A stretch of 50,226 nucleotides of DNA from Anaeramoeba ignava BMAN (taxonomy: Eukaryota > Protista > Anaeramoebae). Within the stretch, counting starts at the first letter, position 1, and each line of letters starts with the position of its first letter. Position numbers and translations under genes: made by a program. The notes beneath the pieces are model-generated. The model saw nothing but the letters and a program-made list of their open reading frames with translations. It was not told the DNA's origin and ran no database searches. Positions 27,281 through 42,006 of the stretch are shown one piece after another. The DNA is taken from assembly GCA_028826165.1 (NCBI GenBank), contig JAPDFW010000047.1, positions 1 to 50,226 of the forward strand. Reading direction: 5' to 3'.

Positions 27281-30600
<3,320 letters not shown>

Positions 30601-30810
30601 TATAATTTAATAAAGAAAAAAAACTTATTTTTATTTTTATTATTAATTGATTTTTTTAATTGATTTTTTTTTTAACGTTAAATTACTTTTTAATTGGAAA
30701 ATTAAATGAAAAAAATGAAAAAAATCAAAATTAAATTTTTAAATCTTTTTTTCTTCTTTATTTGAAATAAAAAATAAAAACAACAAAGAAAATGATATAA
30801 AAATAACAAT

Positions 30811-33800
30811 TTAAAAAACGTTTGGAGAAATAAGTTGAAGATCTCGTCGAAATTTATAAAGAGATATCATAATTGAATCAACAAGTTCAGAAGCATTTTC
30901 AACTTTAATAAAAGCAGTTAATTCTTCTTCAAATTGAATTCCAACAAATTGACTTTTTTTTTTGCAAATAGAAGAAGATAAATAAACATTTTTAATCAAA
31001 CTAAAAGGGATTTCAGTTTCAATTTTAGAGGAATTTTTCACAATTAAAAGTGAATCATTTGTAATATAAACTGTTCTTGATTCACGATCCAAATTTAATG
31101 GACAATTTGAATCATTTTTCTTTTTATTTTTTGACATTTCTTCAAAAATATTCATTTTTGGAAAATCAATTCCTTGGATTTTAAATTTGGATTTTGTTTG
31201 ATTATGGATTCCATATCCACATGATAAAACTGATTCAATAAAACAATCACGTTGTTCTATTGATGAGAAAATATAATGTCGATATTCTAAATCTGTTGAA
31301 CATTCAAGAAATTTTTTTTGTTTTGTTTGTTCTTTTGTTGGTTGATTAAACATTAAAACTACTTCTATTTTTGATTCAAGAACAAAGATAAAATGTATTT
31401 CCGAAATTTGTTTTTCGTTTTTAATTTTCCAATTTTTAGTTCCGATATTAAGAATTGAATTTTGAGTCACTTTTACAAATCTAGAATTTTAATTTCAAAT
31501 TTCAAAATGAATTTTAATTTTAATTTCAAATTTCAAAATGAATTTTAATTTTAATTTTAAATTGAATTTCAAAATGAATTTTAATTTCAAATTTCAAAAT
31601 GAATTTTAATTTTAATTTCAAAAATGAATTTTAATTTCAAAATGAATTTCAAAATGAATTTTAAATTGAATTTTAATTTCAAAATGAATTTCAATTTCAA
31701 AATTGAATTTTAATTTTAAAATGAATTTCAAAATGAATTTCAAAATGAATTTTAATTTCAAATTGAATTTTAAATTGAATTTTAAATTGAATTTTAAATT
31801 GAATTTTAAATTGAATTTTAAATTGAATTTTAAATGAATTTTAAATGAATTTTAAATGAATTTTAAAATGAATTTCAAAATGAATTTTAATTTCAAATTG
31901 AATTTCAAAATGAATTTTAATTTCAAAATGAATTTCAAAATGAATTTCAAAATGAATTTCAAAATGAATTTCAAATTGAATTTTAATTTTAAATTTAATT
32001 TTAATTTTAAATTGAATTTTAAATTGAATTTCAAAATGAATTTTAATTTTAAATGAATTTTAAATGAATTTTAAATTTAAATGAATTTTAAATGAATTTT
32101 AAATTTAATTTCAAACCTTTTTTGTCTTTTTCCTTTTGTATTAACTTTAATCACTGAAAATGTTTTAGGAAGAAAAAATTGTGATTCATTTGGTAATTTT
32201 AAATTATTTAAATCAAAAAAATCTTGAAATTCAAAAAGATTATAAATATTAATTAATTTGGACTTAAAATCATGAAATTCACAAGTAATTGTATTCCAAT
32301 GTTTGCTAAAATGAAAAAAGAATGTTGGATAAAAGAAAAATATTTTTGCATTAAAAGAATTTTCTCTAAAAAAAAAGAATAAAAAAAAAGAATAAAAATT
32401 TTTGGAAAGTTTTTTTTTGAATTAATAATTACTCTTGTTCAATTTTCTCTTTGATTAATTTTAATGCTTGATGAATATAATTTTGTTTTGAAATTGAAAG
32501 ATAACTAAAAGTAAGATCAACAATAATAGATAATTTTGTATTAAAAGTTGAACGAATTGAATCTATTGAATATGTTATTAGTGAATTTAAATCATTGAAG
32601 AAAGAAGTATCAATTCGATGAATAACAATATAAATTATTGATTCTTTTTTAAGGTTTTGAATTGTATAATAAATGAAATTTTTCTGTTGGTAAATTTTAA
32701 GTAAAGATTGTTCATGGAAACTCAAGTAATTATATCTTGGATAAAAACGTGGTTTTGAAATAGAAAGTGGTGGTGGTCCCATTTCATTAAAAAGTTCAAC
32801 AAATAAACATAATTCTTTTTCCCATCTTTGAGTTTTGTTTGTATTTTTCCAAAGTGGAGAAACGTGTTTTAAATTTGCTAAGTTTTCATAAAAGACTCGA
32901 TGAATTATAAAAATATCTCTTAATGGAATTTCATATTTTTCTGTAAATTTTGATTTTTCAAATGCTAATAAATCGTCTATAATATGATTTTGTTGATAAT
33001 TTTCATTATTTTTATCCTTTTGGATTGTATTATTATTTTTTTGATTTTGATTAACTTTATTTTCTTTATTTTTTCCATTTTCTTTATTTTGATTATTTTC
33101 TTCATTTTTTCCATTTTCTTTATTTTCTTGATTTTGATTATTTTCTTCATTTTTTCCATTTTCTTTATTTTCTTGATTTTGATTATTTTCTTCATTTGCT
33201 TTATTTTGATTATTTTCTTCATTTGCTTTATTTTGATTATAACTGTTTAAAAAATCTATATTTGGATGAACTACATCTGAATCTCTTTCGGAACAAAAAT
33301 CTGGATCAATATCATTTTCATTCCAAAAAGAATCAACTGGTTGACAAACTTTAGAAATGAATGAAATGAAATCTTCTTTATTTTTATCAATAAAATCATT
33401 AAAATCTGAACCAATAGTTATATTTTCATTTGAAAAATATGTAAAATTGGATAAATTTTGAAGTAATTTTGAAATGAGAATTAAATTATTTCGAGTTATT
33501 GTTGTAACTGTATATTCTGAAGGAATTAATCCAAAATTTTCAGGAGAAACAATTGCAGAATTCAAGAAACTAAAAGAAAGAAAAGATAATGAATTTTAAT
33601 TTTAATTTTAACTTTAATTTTTAATTTTAATTTTAATTTTAATTTTAATTTTAACTTTAATTTTTAATTTTAATTTTAATTTTAATTTTAATTTTAATAT
33701 TAAATTTAATTTTAATTTTAATTTTAATTTTAATTTCAAAATGAATTTTAATTTTAATTTTAATTTTATAAATGAATTTTAATTTTATAAATGAATTTTA

Positions 33801-35643
33801 ATTTTGTTATACCGAAGAATTAAATATCCACCAACTAATTTATATGTTTGATTTGGAGTATATTTTTGTGAAAATTCCCAAATAATATTTGCAATTTTTC
33901 TCATTCCAAGTGGGAAAGTTGATATACTTTCATCAGATATAATTTTTTCAAAAATAGCTTGAGCAAAACATCTAAGATCTGATTTTCTTTGTTTAATTAA
34001 TTCTTGAATTTTATCAGGTTCTAATTTCATTTTTTCTTGAATAGAACTAAAAAAAGTAATAAATTTTTTTTTTGGATTGAAAATGAATTTTTTTTTGAAA
34101 TGGTATTAATTCTTTTAATTGAATACAATTCATCAATCTCAAGATCAAGATTTTTATCTGTAACAATCCCAACAATAACATTACCAAGTAAATTTAATAA
34201 ATAATCATTTCCAAATTGTTCTAAATTGAATTAAATTAAATATTTTGAATTAAATATTATTTTGAATTAAATATTATTATTTTGAATTAAATATTATTTT
34301 GAATTAAATATTATTTTGAATTAAACAATATTTTGAATTAAATATTATTATTTTGAATTAAATATTATTATTTTGAATTAAATATTATTATTTTGAATTA
34401 AATATTATTTTGAATTAAATTATATTTTGAATTAAATAATATTTTGAATTAAACAATATTATTTTGAATTAAATATTATTATTTTGAATTAAATATTATT
34501 ATTTTGAATTAAATATTATTTTGAATTAAATATTATTTTGAATTAAATATTATTTTGAATTAAATATTATTTTGAATTAAATATTATTTTGAATTAAATA
34601 TTATTTTGAATTAAAAAATATTATTTTGAATTAAATATTATTTTGAATTAAATCTATACGTGAATAACAACTACAAATTTTTGTTGCTAATGAATTCCCT
34701 CGAAGAATTGATGATTGCTCTTTTGTATGATGAGCTTTGAATTCTATTTTTATAAGTGAACGAATTGTTTTGAAAAGAGTTTTTGTTTGTATTCCTATAA
34801 ATACAAGAGATCTAGTCACTACATCAATTTCTGATATATCTGGAATTTTAGAAAGCATTTTTATGTAACTGTTTGAATTTTTAATTTTAATTTTAATTTT
34901 TAATTTTTAATTTTAATTTTAATTTTAATTTTTAATTTTAATTTTTAATTTTAATTTTAATTTTAATTTTAATTTTAATTTTAATTTAAATTTAGATTTA
35001 TATTTAGATTTATATTTAGATTTAGATTTAGATTTAGATTTAGATTTTAATTTTAATTTTAATTTCAATTTTAATTTAGAATTAGATTTAGATTTAGATT
35101 TTGATTTATATTTAGATTTTGATTTAGATTTAGATTTAGATTTTGATTTAGATTTAGATTTAGATTTAGATTTAGATTTAGATTTAGATTTAGATTTTGA
35201 TTTTGATTTAGATTTAGATTTAGGTTTAGATTTAGATTTTGATTTTGATTTTGATTTTGATTTAGATTTAGGTTTAGATTTTGATTTTGATTTTGATTTA
35301 GATTTAGATTTTAATTTTGATTTTAATTTTGATTTAGATTTTAATTTTAATTTTATAAATGAATTTTAATTTTGATTTAGATTTTAATTTTAATTTTTGA
35401 TTTTAATAGATATTTATAAAAAAATTAATAAAAAAAAATAGCGTTAGAAAAAAAAAATAAGATTAAGTTGATAAAAAAGAGATAGATTAAAAAAATCGAA
35501 ATAAAATAAAAAAAATACCGTTTGTTTCTTAAAATTAAAGAAAGAAATTGATTATAAAAGTTGGATCGTTGTAAAACATTTTTTTTTGAAAAAGTTTGGA
35601 TAGATTTGCTATTTTTAAGTTGTTCAATTAAAACTCGAGACAT
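30811..35643 (-). CDS. RasGAP-domain protein with Sec14-like and PH-like regions (neurofibromin-like architecture), 7 exons
   Basis: Arginine finger ILRGNSLATK; LVGGYLILR|FLNSAIVSPE RasGAP signature; LSIIVDLT (Sec14-like); KVNTKGKRQKR|FVKVTQNSILNI (PH-like). Junction phases are consistent. Confidence 0.82.
31481..32116 (-). repeat. Intron made of 12-nt repeat (AAATGAATTTCA / AATTGAATTTTA)
   Basis: Visible repeat. Confidence 0.88.
34221..34659 (-). repeat. Intron made of 17/20-nt repeat TTTTGAATTAAATATTA(TTA)
   Basis: Visible repeat. Confidence 0.88.
34869..35518 (-). repeat. Intron containing (GATTTA/GATTTT/AATTTT)n
   Basis: Visible repeat in the first RasGAP intron. Confidence 0.85.
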
Positions 35644-36287
35644 GAATTTTAAAAAGAAATAAAAAAATAAAAATAAAATAAAATAACAGAAATAATAAAA
35701 AACAATTTTAACAAAAGAAAAAGAAAAAGAAAAGAGAAAAAATGAAAAAAAAAATTTAAATTTATTTTTTTTTTTTGTTTTTTTTTTTTTTAAATTTCTC
35801 AATTAAATTTTTGCTTTTAAATTTTAATTTAAAATTGAAAGGATTTGCTATAATTTATTTTTAAAATATTAATTTATTTTGAAAATATTGATTTATTTCA
35901 TTTTGATTTATTTTTATTTTTTAATTAAATTAAAATTTTTCTTCTTTTTTTTTTTTTGGATTTGATTTTTTCTCCTTTTTTAATTTTTAATTAAAATTTT
36001 AATTTAAAAAAAAAAGGGGATTAAAAATTAATTAAAAATTAATTTAAATTTAATTTAGATTTAAAAGTAAAAATTAAATAAAAAATTTAAGTTCCATTTC
36101 CCATCAAATAATTGAATAAATAAAAAATAAAAATCGAATAAATAAAAAATAAAAATTAAATAAAAAAAAAATTAAAAGGAAAAAAAAATTAATTCATTTG
36201 CATTTTCATTTTTTTCCTTTTAAACAAAATAATATCAATTAAGAACAAATCCATCAAAACTGACAAAGAAAAAATAAACAGAAAAGA

Positions 36288-38330
36288 ATGGATTTATTTG
36301 CAGAGATAGACACACATTCATTTACAATCCGCAGAAACTTTAACCGCAAAGTGGAAAACCAAACAAACTCCTCATTATGTCTGAAGTGGATGAGGGAAGT
36401 ATTGAACGAACCAGATCTAAAACCGGAAGAAGCGTTCCATCGAAACGGTGTATATGTTTGCAAGCTATTGAATGCAATTTCGGCTCCAGATGTGCCAATT
36501 ACCAAAATTGAAACAAATGAGAACTTTCGACAAATCGAAAATTTAAAAAGTTTTAAACTTAGTTTAGAAACTAGATTTGGAATTGATGAGTTTACTTGGG
36601 GGGATATTCAAAGTTTGACTAACCAAGATCCTGCAGGAAAAGATAAACTTCTTTATGTTCTTCTTCTTTTGAGAAATCAAGTCCTTTTGAATAGAATTAC
36701 TCAAACTGAAAGTGAAGATGATAAATCAAATAATTCAAATGATCCAAATAATTCAAATGATCCTGATTTTATTTTGGATCCTAAAAAAAAACCTAAAAAG
36801 AAAAGTTCGAAATCTAAAAAGAATCAAAAGAATCAAAAGAATCAAAAAAATCAAAAAAATCAAAAAAATCAAAAGGTTGTTAATAATGACCAAGATTATC
36901 ATCCTGTTGTTTATCAAACTTTGAAACGGAAGGAAAAACAAAGATTTGAAAAAATGAAAAGAAAGGAAAGTAAAAAAGAATTAGATGAAAACACAAATGA
37001 GATTCCAAATGAGATTCCAAATGAAAAACCAAAAGAAAAACCAAAAGAAAAACCAAAAGAAAAATCAAAACAAGTTCCAATTCCTGTTCAAATTCCAAAA
37101 GAAAAATCAAAAGAAATTCCAAAAGAAAAATCAAAAGAAATTCCAAAAGAAAAATCAAAAGAAAAATCAAATGAAAAATCAAAAGAAAAATCAAAAGAAA
37201 AATTAAAAGAAAAATCAAATGAAAAATCAAAAGAAAAATCAAAAGAAAAATCAAAAGAAAAATCAAATCAAGTTCCAATTCCTGTTCAAATTCCAAATGA
37301 AAAATCAAATCAAATTCCAAATGAAAAATCAAATGAAAAATCAAATGAAAAATCAAATGAAAAATCAAGCGAAAATGAAACACATTCAAATTTTGTTTTG
37401 AATGTTATAACATCATCAGAAAGTGAAACAGAAGAGAATTCTGAAGATAAATCAGATGATGAATCAGAAGTAGCCAAAATCCTTGAAGAAAACAACAAAA
37501 AACTAGCGGAAGCAGTTTTAGCAAACATTGAAAAAGGAGAATGTATTTTTGAATTGGAACCGATTTTACGGAAAAATTCGAAAATGAAATTAGACTCTGT
37601 GATGGTTTCTGTTCATGCAAAAAACGGGATCCGAATAACTGCACAGAAATTCGGAGAGATTTTCCACAGCAAATGGGGTCCGCAAATCCAAGCTGTTGCA
37701 TACAGTCTTGACTCATTATATATCATCATGAATTTTGGATCAAAAGATAAAATTTTCATTTCAAAAGCAAAAAATCTTTTCATCAGAGACGTTATTCTTG
37801 AAACAATTACATCTTTCAATCGTGCGCACAAAATCAAGGTGAATCTTGTCCAAACAAAAGAGCGAGAAATGAACAAATCGGATCCAAAAATTCCACAACA
37901 TTTAAAAAAGGGATTGTCAACATATGAAGAACTCAAAGAACATTTTCTACTTGAAAATGACAAGTATCTTGATGAATTTGATGCGCACAAAGGCGCAAGT
38001 TTTTTAGTGGGTGTTTATGTCCAAGAGAAGTATGTAATTGGCTATCTCAAGATCCGAAAACAAGGAATCAAAGTTGGTGTTTATGTGAATGAAAGATATA
38101 AGACAATTGCTTTTAACAAGTTTTCTAAGTATTTCGAGATTCAAACTTCCAAATCTGATCTTTGTGGAATAAGAATTCTTCCTGATAATAGGAGAACTAA
38201 TTCTTTTTTGGTAAAGGCAGTTTCAACTGAGGAAAGATCCGTTATTGTCAAAACAATTCTTCATTTCTTATCTAAAGTTGCTGGTGAAGTTGTTAAGAAA
38301 TCTTCAAAAAAAGATTCTAAGAAAAAATAA
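36288..38330 (+). CDS. Intronless calponin-homology-domain protein with central KEKS/NEKS low-complexity linker (680 aa)
   Basis: CLKWMREVL...RNGVYVCKLLNAI...IENLKSF...FGI is a CH-domain pattern. The C-terminal beta-rich region is unassigned (possibly PH-like). Confidence 0.75.
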   Translation: MDLFAEIDTHSFTIRRNFNRKVENQTNSSLCLKWMREVLNEPDLKPEEAFHRNGVYVCKLLNAISAPDVPITKIETNENFRQIENLKSFKLSLETRFGIDEFTWGDIQSLTNQDPAGKDKLLYVLLLLRNQVLLNRITQTESEDDKSNNSNDPNNSNDPDFILDPKKKPKKKSSKSKKNQKNQKNQKNQKNQKNQKVVNNDQDYHPVVYQTLKRKEKQRFEKMKRKESKKELDENTNEIPNEIPNEKPKEKPKEKPKEKSKQVPIPVQIPKEKSKEIPKEKSKEIPKEKSKEKSNEKSKEKSKEKLKEKSNEKSKEKSKEKSKEKSNQVPIPVQIPNEKSNQIPNEKSNEKSNEKSNEKSSENETHSNFVLNVITSSESETEENSEDKSDDESEVAKILEENNKKLAEAVLANIEKGECIFELEPILRKNSKMKLDSVMVSVHAKNGIRITAQKFGEIFHSKWGPQIQAVAYSLDSLYIIMNFGSKDKIFISKAKNLFIRDVILETITSFNRAHKIKVNLVQTKEREMNKSDPKIPQHLKKGLSTYEELKEHFLLENDKYLDEFDAHKGASFLVGVYVQEKYVIGYLKIRKQGIKVGVYVNERYKTIAFNKFSKYFEIQTSKSDLCGIRILPDNRRTNSFLVKAVSTEERSVIVKTILHFLSKVAGEVVKKSSKKDSKKK

Positions 38331-38593
38331 TTTTTTTTCCCTTTTTTCACTTATTCTTTTTTTCATTCTGCTTTCATTCCACTTTCTTTCTTTCAAATTT
38401 ATTTTTTTTTTGGAAAATTGAAAAAAAAATGAAAAATGAAAAATGGAACAAAATCTTTTAAATTAAATCAAAATCAAAATCAAAATCAAAAAATAATAAA
38501 TTTGGTTTTGTTTTTTTTGATTTTGGAAAATTGGAATTGAAAAGAAAAAAGAAAAAAGAAAAAAGAAAAAAGAATTTGGAATTGGAATTGGAA

Positions 38594-41347
38594 TTAAATA
38601 TCTAAATCATCTTGAAGTTCTTTTTCTTCTTGTTTTTGATTTAGATTTTTGGTTTGTTTTTGTTTTTTTGTTCTTGTTTTTTTCTGATATAAAAGAATTG
38701 CAATAATAACTATTAAAATAATAAGAATTGGAATAAATATTCCAATAGTTATTGCTGTTGTGTTGGAATTGTTTGAATCAGTTGATTGAGTTGGTTGATA
38801 AGGAGATAATGTTGTAATTGATGTTGTTGAATTAATTCCTGAATATTCATTATTTAAACAATTTAATGTAGATGATTGTTGAACTGAAATTTCATAATAT
38901 TCTCCTCCTTGTAATCCTGAAATTGAATAGTAATTGATTAAATTTGTTAAACAAATTGAAGTTGAATTATAAGTAAATGAATATGCTTTTAATCCACTTG
39001 ATAAAATTAATGAATTCCAAGTACAAATAAATCCATTAATTAATGAATCACACTTTAATGAAGTAATATTTCCTAATTTAGCTCTTGTTGAAATAATTGA
39101 ACTTGGTTCTCCTAAATATGGTGTTTCACAATTTAAATCAACACATCCTCGAATTGAAATATTATATTCAATATTTCCTGATATTTCACTTATTATTCCA
39201 ATTACTTCATTTCCACTTAAATCAAGAGATGTGAAATTTTGCCAACTTGTTCCATTATTAAGTGAAATTGAATAATTATTTGCATTTGTTAATTTTGTAA
39301 AATTAAATTCAATTTCTTCAATTTTGGAAATTGTTTCATAAATTGTTGGAGAAGTTGTTAAATTATCAGTTTTAATTGAAATTGAAGAAATATCTCCACA
39401 TTTTCCATTTGAATTACATGCTGATATATTGATTTGATATTCTTGATTTTGAAATTGAGCTGTAAATTGTTGATTTAATGAAGTTGGTTGATAATTTCCT
39501 GAATCATTTTGATAAATTGATTGATAAGTTAAATTATAATAAAATGGAATTGAACAATTAATTGGTTGATTCCAATTACAATTAATATCTAATGAATATT
39601 GAATTGAACATGTTAAATTTGTAACTTCTCCAAATAATAATGAAATTGATGATTCAACAATTTCTCCTTTATCATCTCCTTCACATTCATGCGTTCTACA
39701 TCCACAAATTGAAATATTATAATCATTTTCAGATTCTAAATTATTCAAAAGATAATCAAGTGAAGAATTATCAACTGAAATGAAAGATATTAAATCAGGT
39801 TGAGATTGAATGAAATAAGAAAGATTATAATGATCAAGATGAGCAATTCCTTCATTGATTTGAACATTTGGATAATTCCATGTAACATTAATTGAATTAT
39901 TTGAAGGATTTGATAATTGAAAATCTTTTACAGAATCAATTTTTGTTGTTAAATTAATGAAAGAAGAAGATTCACCACATTTCATTGATGTTTCATTATC
40001 ACAAGCTTTGATTTGAATTGAATAATATTCATTTCCAGTAATATTATCATAAATTGAAGAATTAAATTGTTGATAATAAACATTTTCATTTTCAAGAATT
40101 GGATAATCAATATCAATCCAATCATATCCATAATTAATTTGATATTTCAAAGTTGAAGGAAATTCAATTTTATTCCAATAACAATCAAATGATGAAAACG
40201 AAGATGAACAATTAATAATATTAACTTGTGGAATTAAACTAACTTCATAAACAAATGTTTGATTTGCACTAAAGGCTCCAATAACAGTAAAATTCTCATA
40301 AATTGAAACAGAATCTCCAAAATCTGTAACTGATTCATTCAAATTTTGTTCTTGATTCCAAATTAATCCATTATATCTGTAAATAAATGCTTTGTTTGCA
40401 TTTGTTCCAATAACAGTAACATTCTCATAAATTGAAACAGAATATCCAAAATCTGTAACTGAAGATTCATTCAAAATTTGTTCTTGATTCCAAATTAATC
40501 CATTATATCTGTAAATATATGCTTGATTTGCACCATTAGTTCCAATAACAGTAACATTCTCATAAATTGAAACAGAATATCCAAAATTTGTAACTGAAGG
40601 TTCATACAAATTTTGTTCAAGATTCCAAATTGATTCATTATATCTGTAAATAAATGCTTTACTCACATAATTTGTTCCAATAACAGTAACATTCCCATAA
40701 ATTGAAACACTTATTCCAAAATATGAAGCTGGTTCACTCAACATTTGTTCTTGATTCCAAAATGTTCCATTATATCTGTAAATAAATGCTTTATCTGCAC
40801 CATAAGTTCCAATAACAGTAACATTCTCATAAATTGAAACAGAATATCCAAAATCTGTAACTGATTCATTCAAAATTTGTTCTTGATTCCAAATTGTTCC
40901 ATTATATCTGTAAATAAATACTTGTTTTGCACCATCAGTTCCAATAACAATAACGTTCTCATAAACTGAAACACTTCTTCCAAAATCTGTAACTGATTCA
41001 TTCAAAGTTTGTTCTTGATTAAAATTTGTTCCATTATATCTGTAAATAAATGCTTGATTTGCATAATAAGTCCCAATAACAAGAACATCTTTATAAATTG
41101 AAACACTCCATCCAAAATAATCTCCTGATGAACCTGAAAATTGATCTAATAAATTCCAAATCCAAGCTTCATTGAAAGAAGAATAATATCTTGTTGTTTC
41201 TGTTAATGTTTTTATTTCTTTTAATATTGGTGATATTGATATTAATGATGATTGAATTGATTTTTGATTTTGATTTTGATTTGATTGAATTAAGAAAATA
41301 TTGATAATTAAGAAAAAGAAAAAGGAAAAGAAAAGATTTAATTTCAT
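38594..41347 (-). CDS. Type I membrane protein: signal peptide, 7 FG-GAP-like repeats, FN3-like stalk, TM, short tail (copy 1)
   Basis: Hydrophobic N-terminus; 7x FGxSVSIY..V.VIG..; FN3-like segments (INVTWNYP, YNISI); TM IGIFIPILIILIVIIAILLY followed by a basic patch. Confidence 0.9.
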   Translation of the reverse strand: MKLNLFFSFFFFLIINIFLIQSNQNQNQKSIQSSLISISPILKEIKTLTETTRYYSSFNEAWIWNLLDQFSGSSGDYFGWSVSIYKDVLVIGTYYANQAFIYRYNGTNFNQEQTLNESVTDFGRSVSVYENVIVIGTDGAKQVFIYRYNGTIWNQEQILNESVTDFGYSVSIYENVTVIGTYGADKAFIYRYNGTFWNQEQMLSEPASYFGISVSIYGNVTVIGTNYVSKAFIYRYNESIWNLEQNLYEPSVTNFGYSVSIYENVTVIGTNGANQAYIYRYNGLIWNQEQILNESSVTDFGYSVSIYENVTVIGTNANKAFIYRYNGLIWNQEQNLNESVTDFGDSVSIYENFTVIGAFSANQTFVYEVSLIPQVNIINCSSSFSSFDCYWNKIEFPSTLKYQINYGYDWIDIDYPILENENVYYQQFNSSIYDNITGNEYYSIQIKACDNETSMKCGESSSFINLTTKIDSVKDFQLSNPSNNSINVTWNYPNVQINEGIAHLDHYNLSYFIQSQPDLISFISVDNSSLDYLLNNLESENDYNISICGCRTHECEGDDKGEIVESSISLLFGEVTNLTCSIQYSLDINCNWNQPINCSIPFYYNLTYQSIYQNDSGNYQPTSLNQQFTAQFQNQEYQINISACNSNGKCGDISSISIKTDNLTTSPTIYETISKIEEIEFNFTKLTNANNYSISLNNGTSWQNFTSLDLSGNEVIGIISEISGNIEYNISIRGCVDLNCETPYLGEPSSIISTRAKLGNITSLKCDSLINGFICTWNSLILSSGLKAYSFTYNSTSICLTNLINYYSISGLQGGEYYEISVQQSSTLNCLNNEYSGINSTTSITTLSPYQPTQSTDSNNSNTTAITIGIFIPILIILIVIIAILLYQKKTRTKKQKQTKNLNQKQEEKELQDDLDI

Positions 41348-42006
41348 TTTTTGTTTTGTTTTGTTGTTTTTTGCTTTTTTTTTTTAAATAAAAATAAAAA
41401 TAAAAAATAAATTAATATAAGTAAATTTAATAAATAAATTGTGTGTTTTTGTGTTTTTTATGTTTGTTTTTCTTTTTTTGAATTTTTTTGTTTTTTTTTG
41501 GTTTTTTTAAAAAGAAAAATAAAAATAAAAATGATCTTTTTGTTTTTATTAATTTTAATTTTAATTTAAATTTAAAAAAAATTTTAGTTTTTGTTTCTTT
41601 TTAATCTTTTTCTTTTTTTTTTTAATTTAATCCCCTTTTTAATATAAAATAAATATAAAATAAAAATAAAAAATAATTTCTAAATTTTAAATTAATTTAA
41701 AAACTTATTTTATTTTATTTTTCATAAATAAATTCTTTTTAATTTTTAAAAATAAAAATTAAATTTATTATTATTTAAATTTTATCAAATATTTCTTGTT
41801 TTAAATTTAATTAATTATTTCTTCATTTTTCTTTTTTAAATTAATTTAATCAAAATCAAAATCAAAATCAAAAAATAATAAATTTGTTTTTTGTTTTTTG
41901 TTTTTTTGAAATTTTGGAAAATAGATTGTTTTGAATTTTTTGAAAAGAAAAAAGAAAAAAGAAAAAAGAAAAAAAATTGGAATTGAAATTAGAATTGAAA
42001 TTGGAA

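Noticed and set aside
34221-34659. CRISPR-like or telomeric interpretation of the regular repeats
   Set aside because: There are no unique spacers and no cas genes. The repeats sit inside spliceosomal introns and are not G-rich telomere units.
36254-37990. Antisense ORFs over the CH gene, and similar ones over the coiled-coil, ADA3 and TRAPPC8 genes
   Set aside because: They are shadow frames of real coding sequence with no recognisable motifs.
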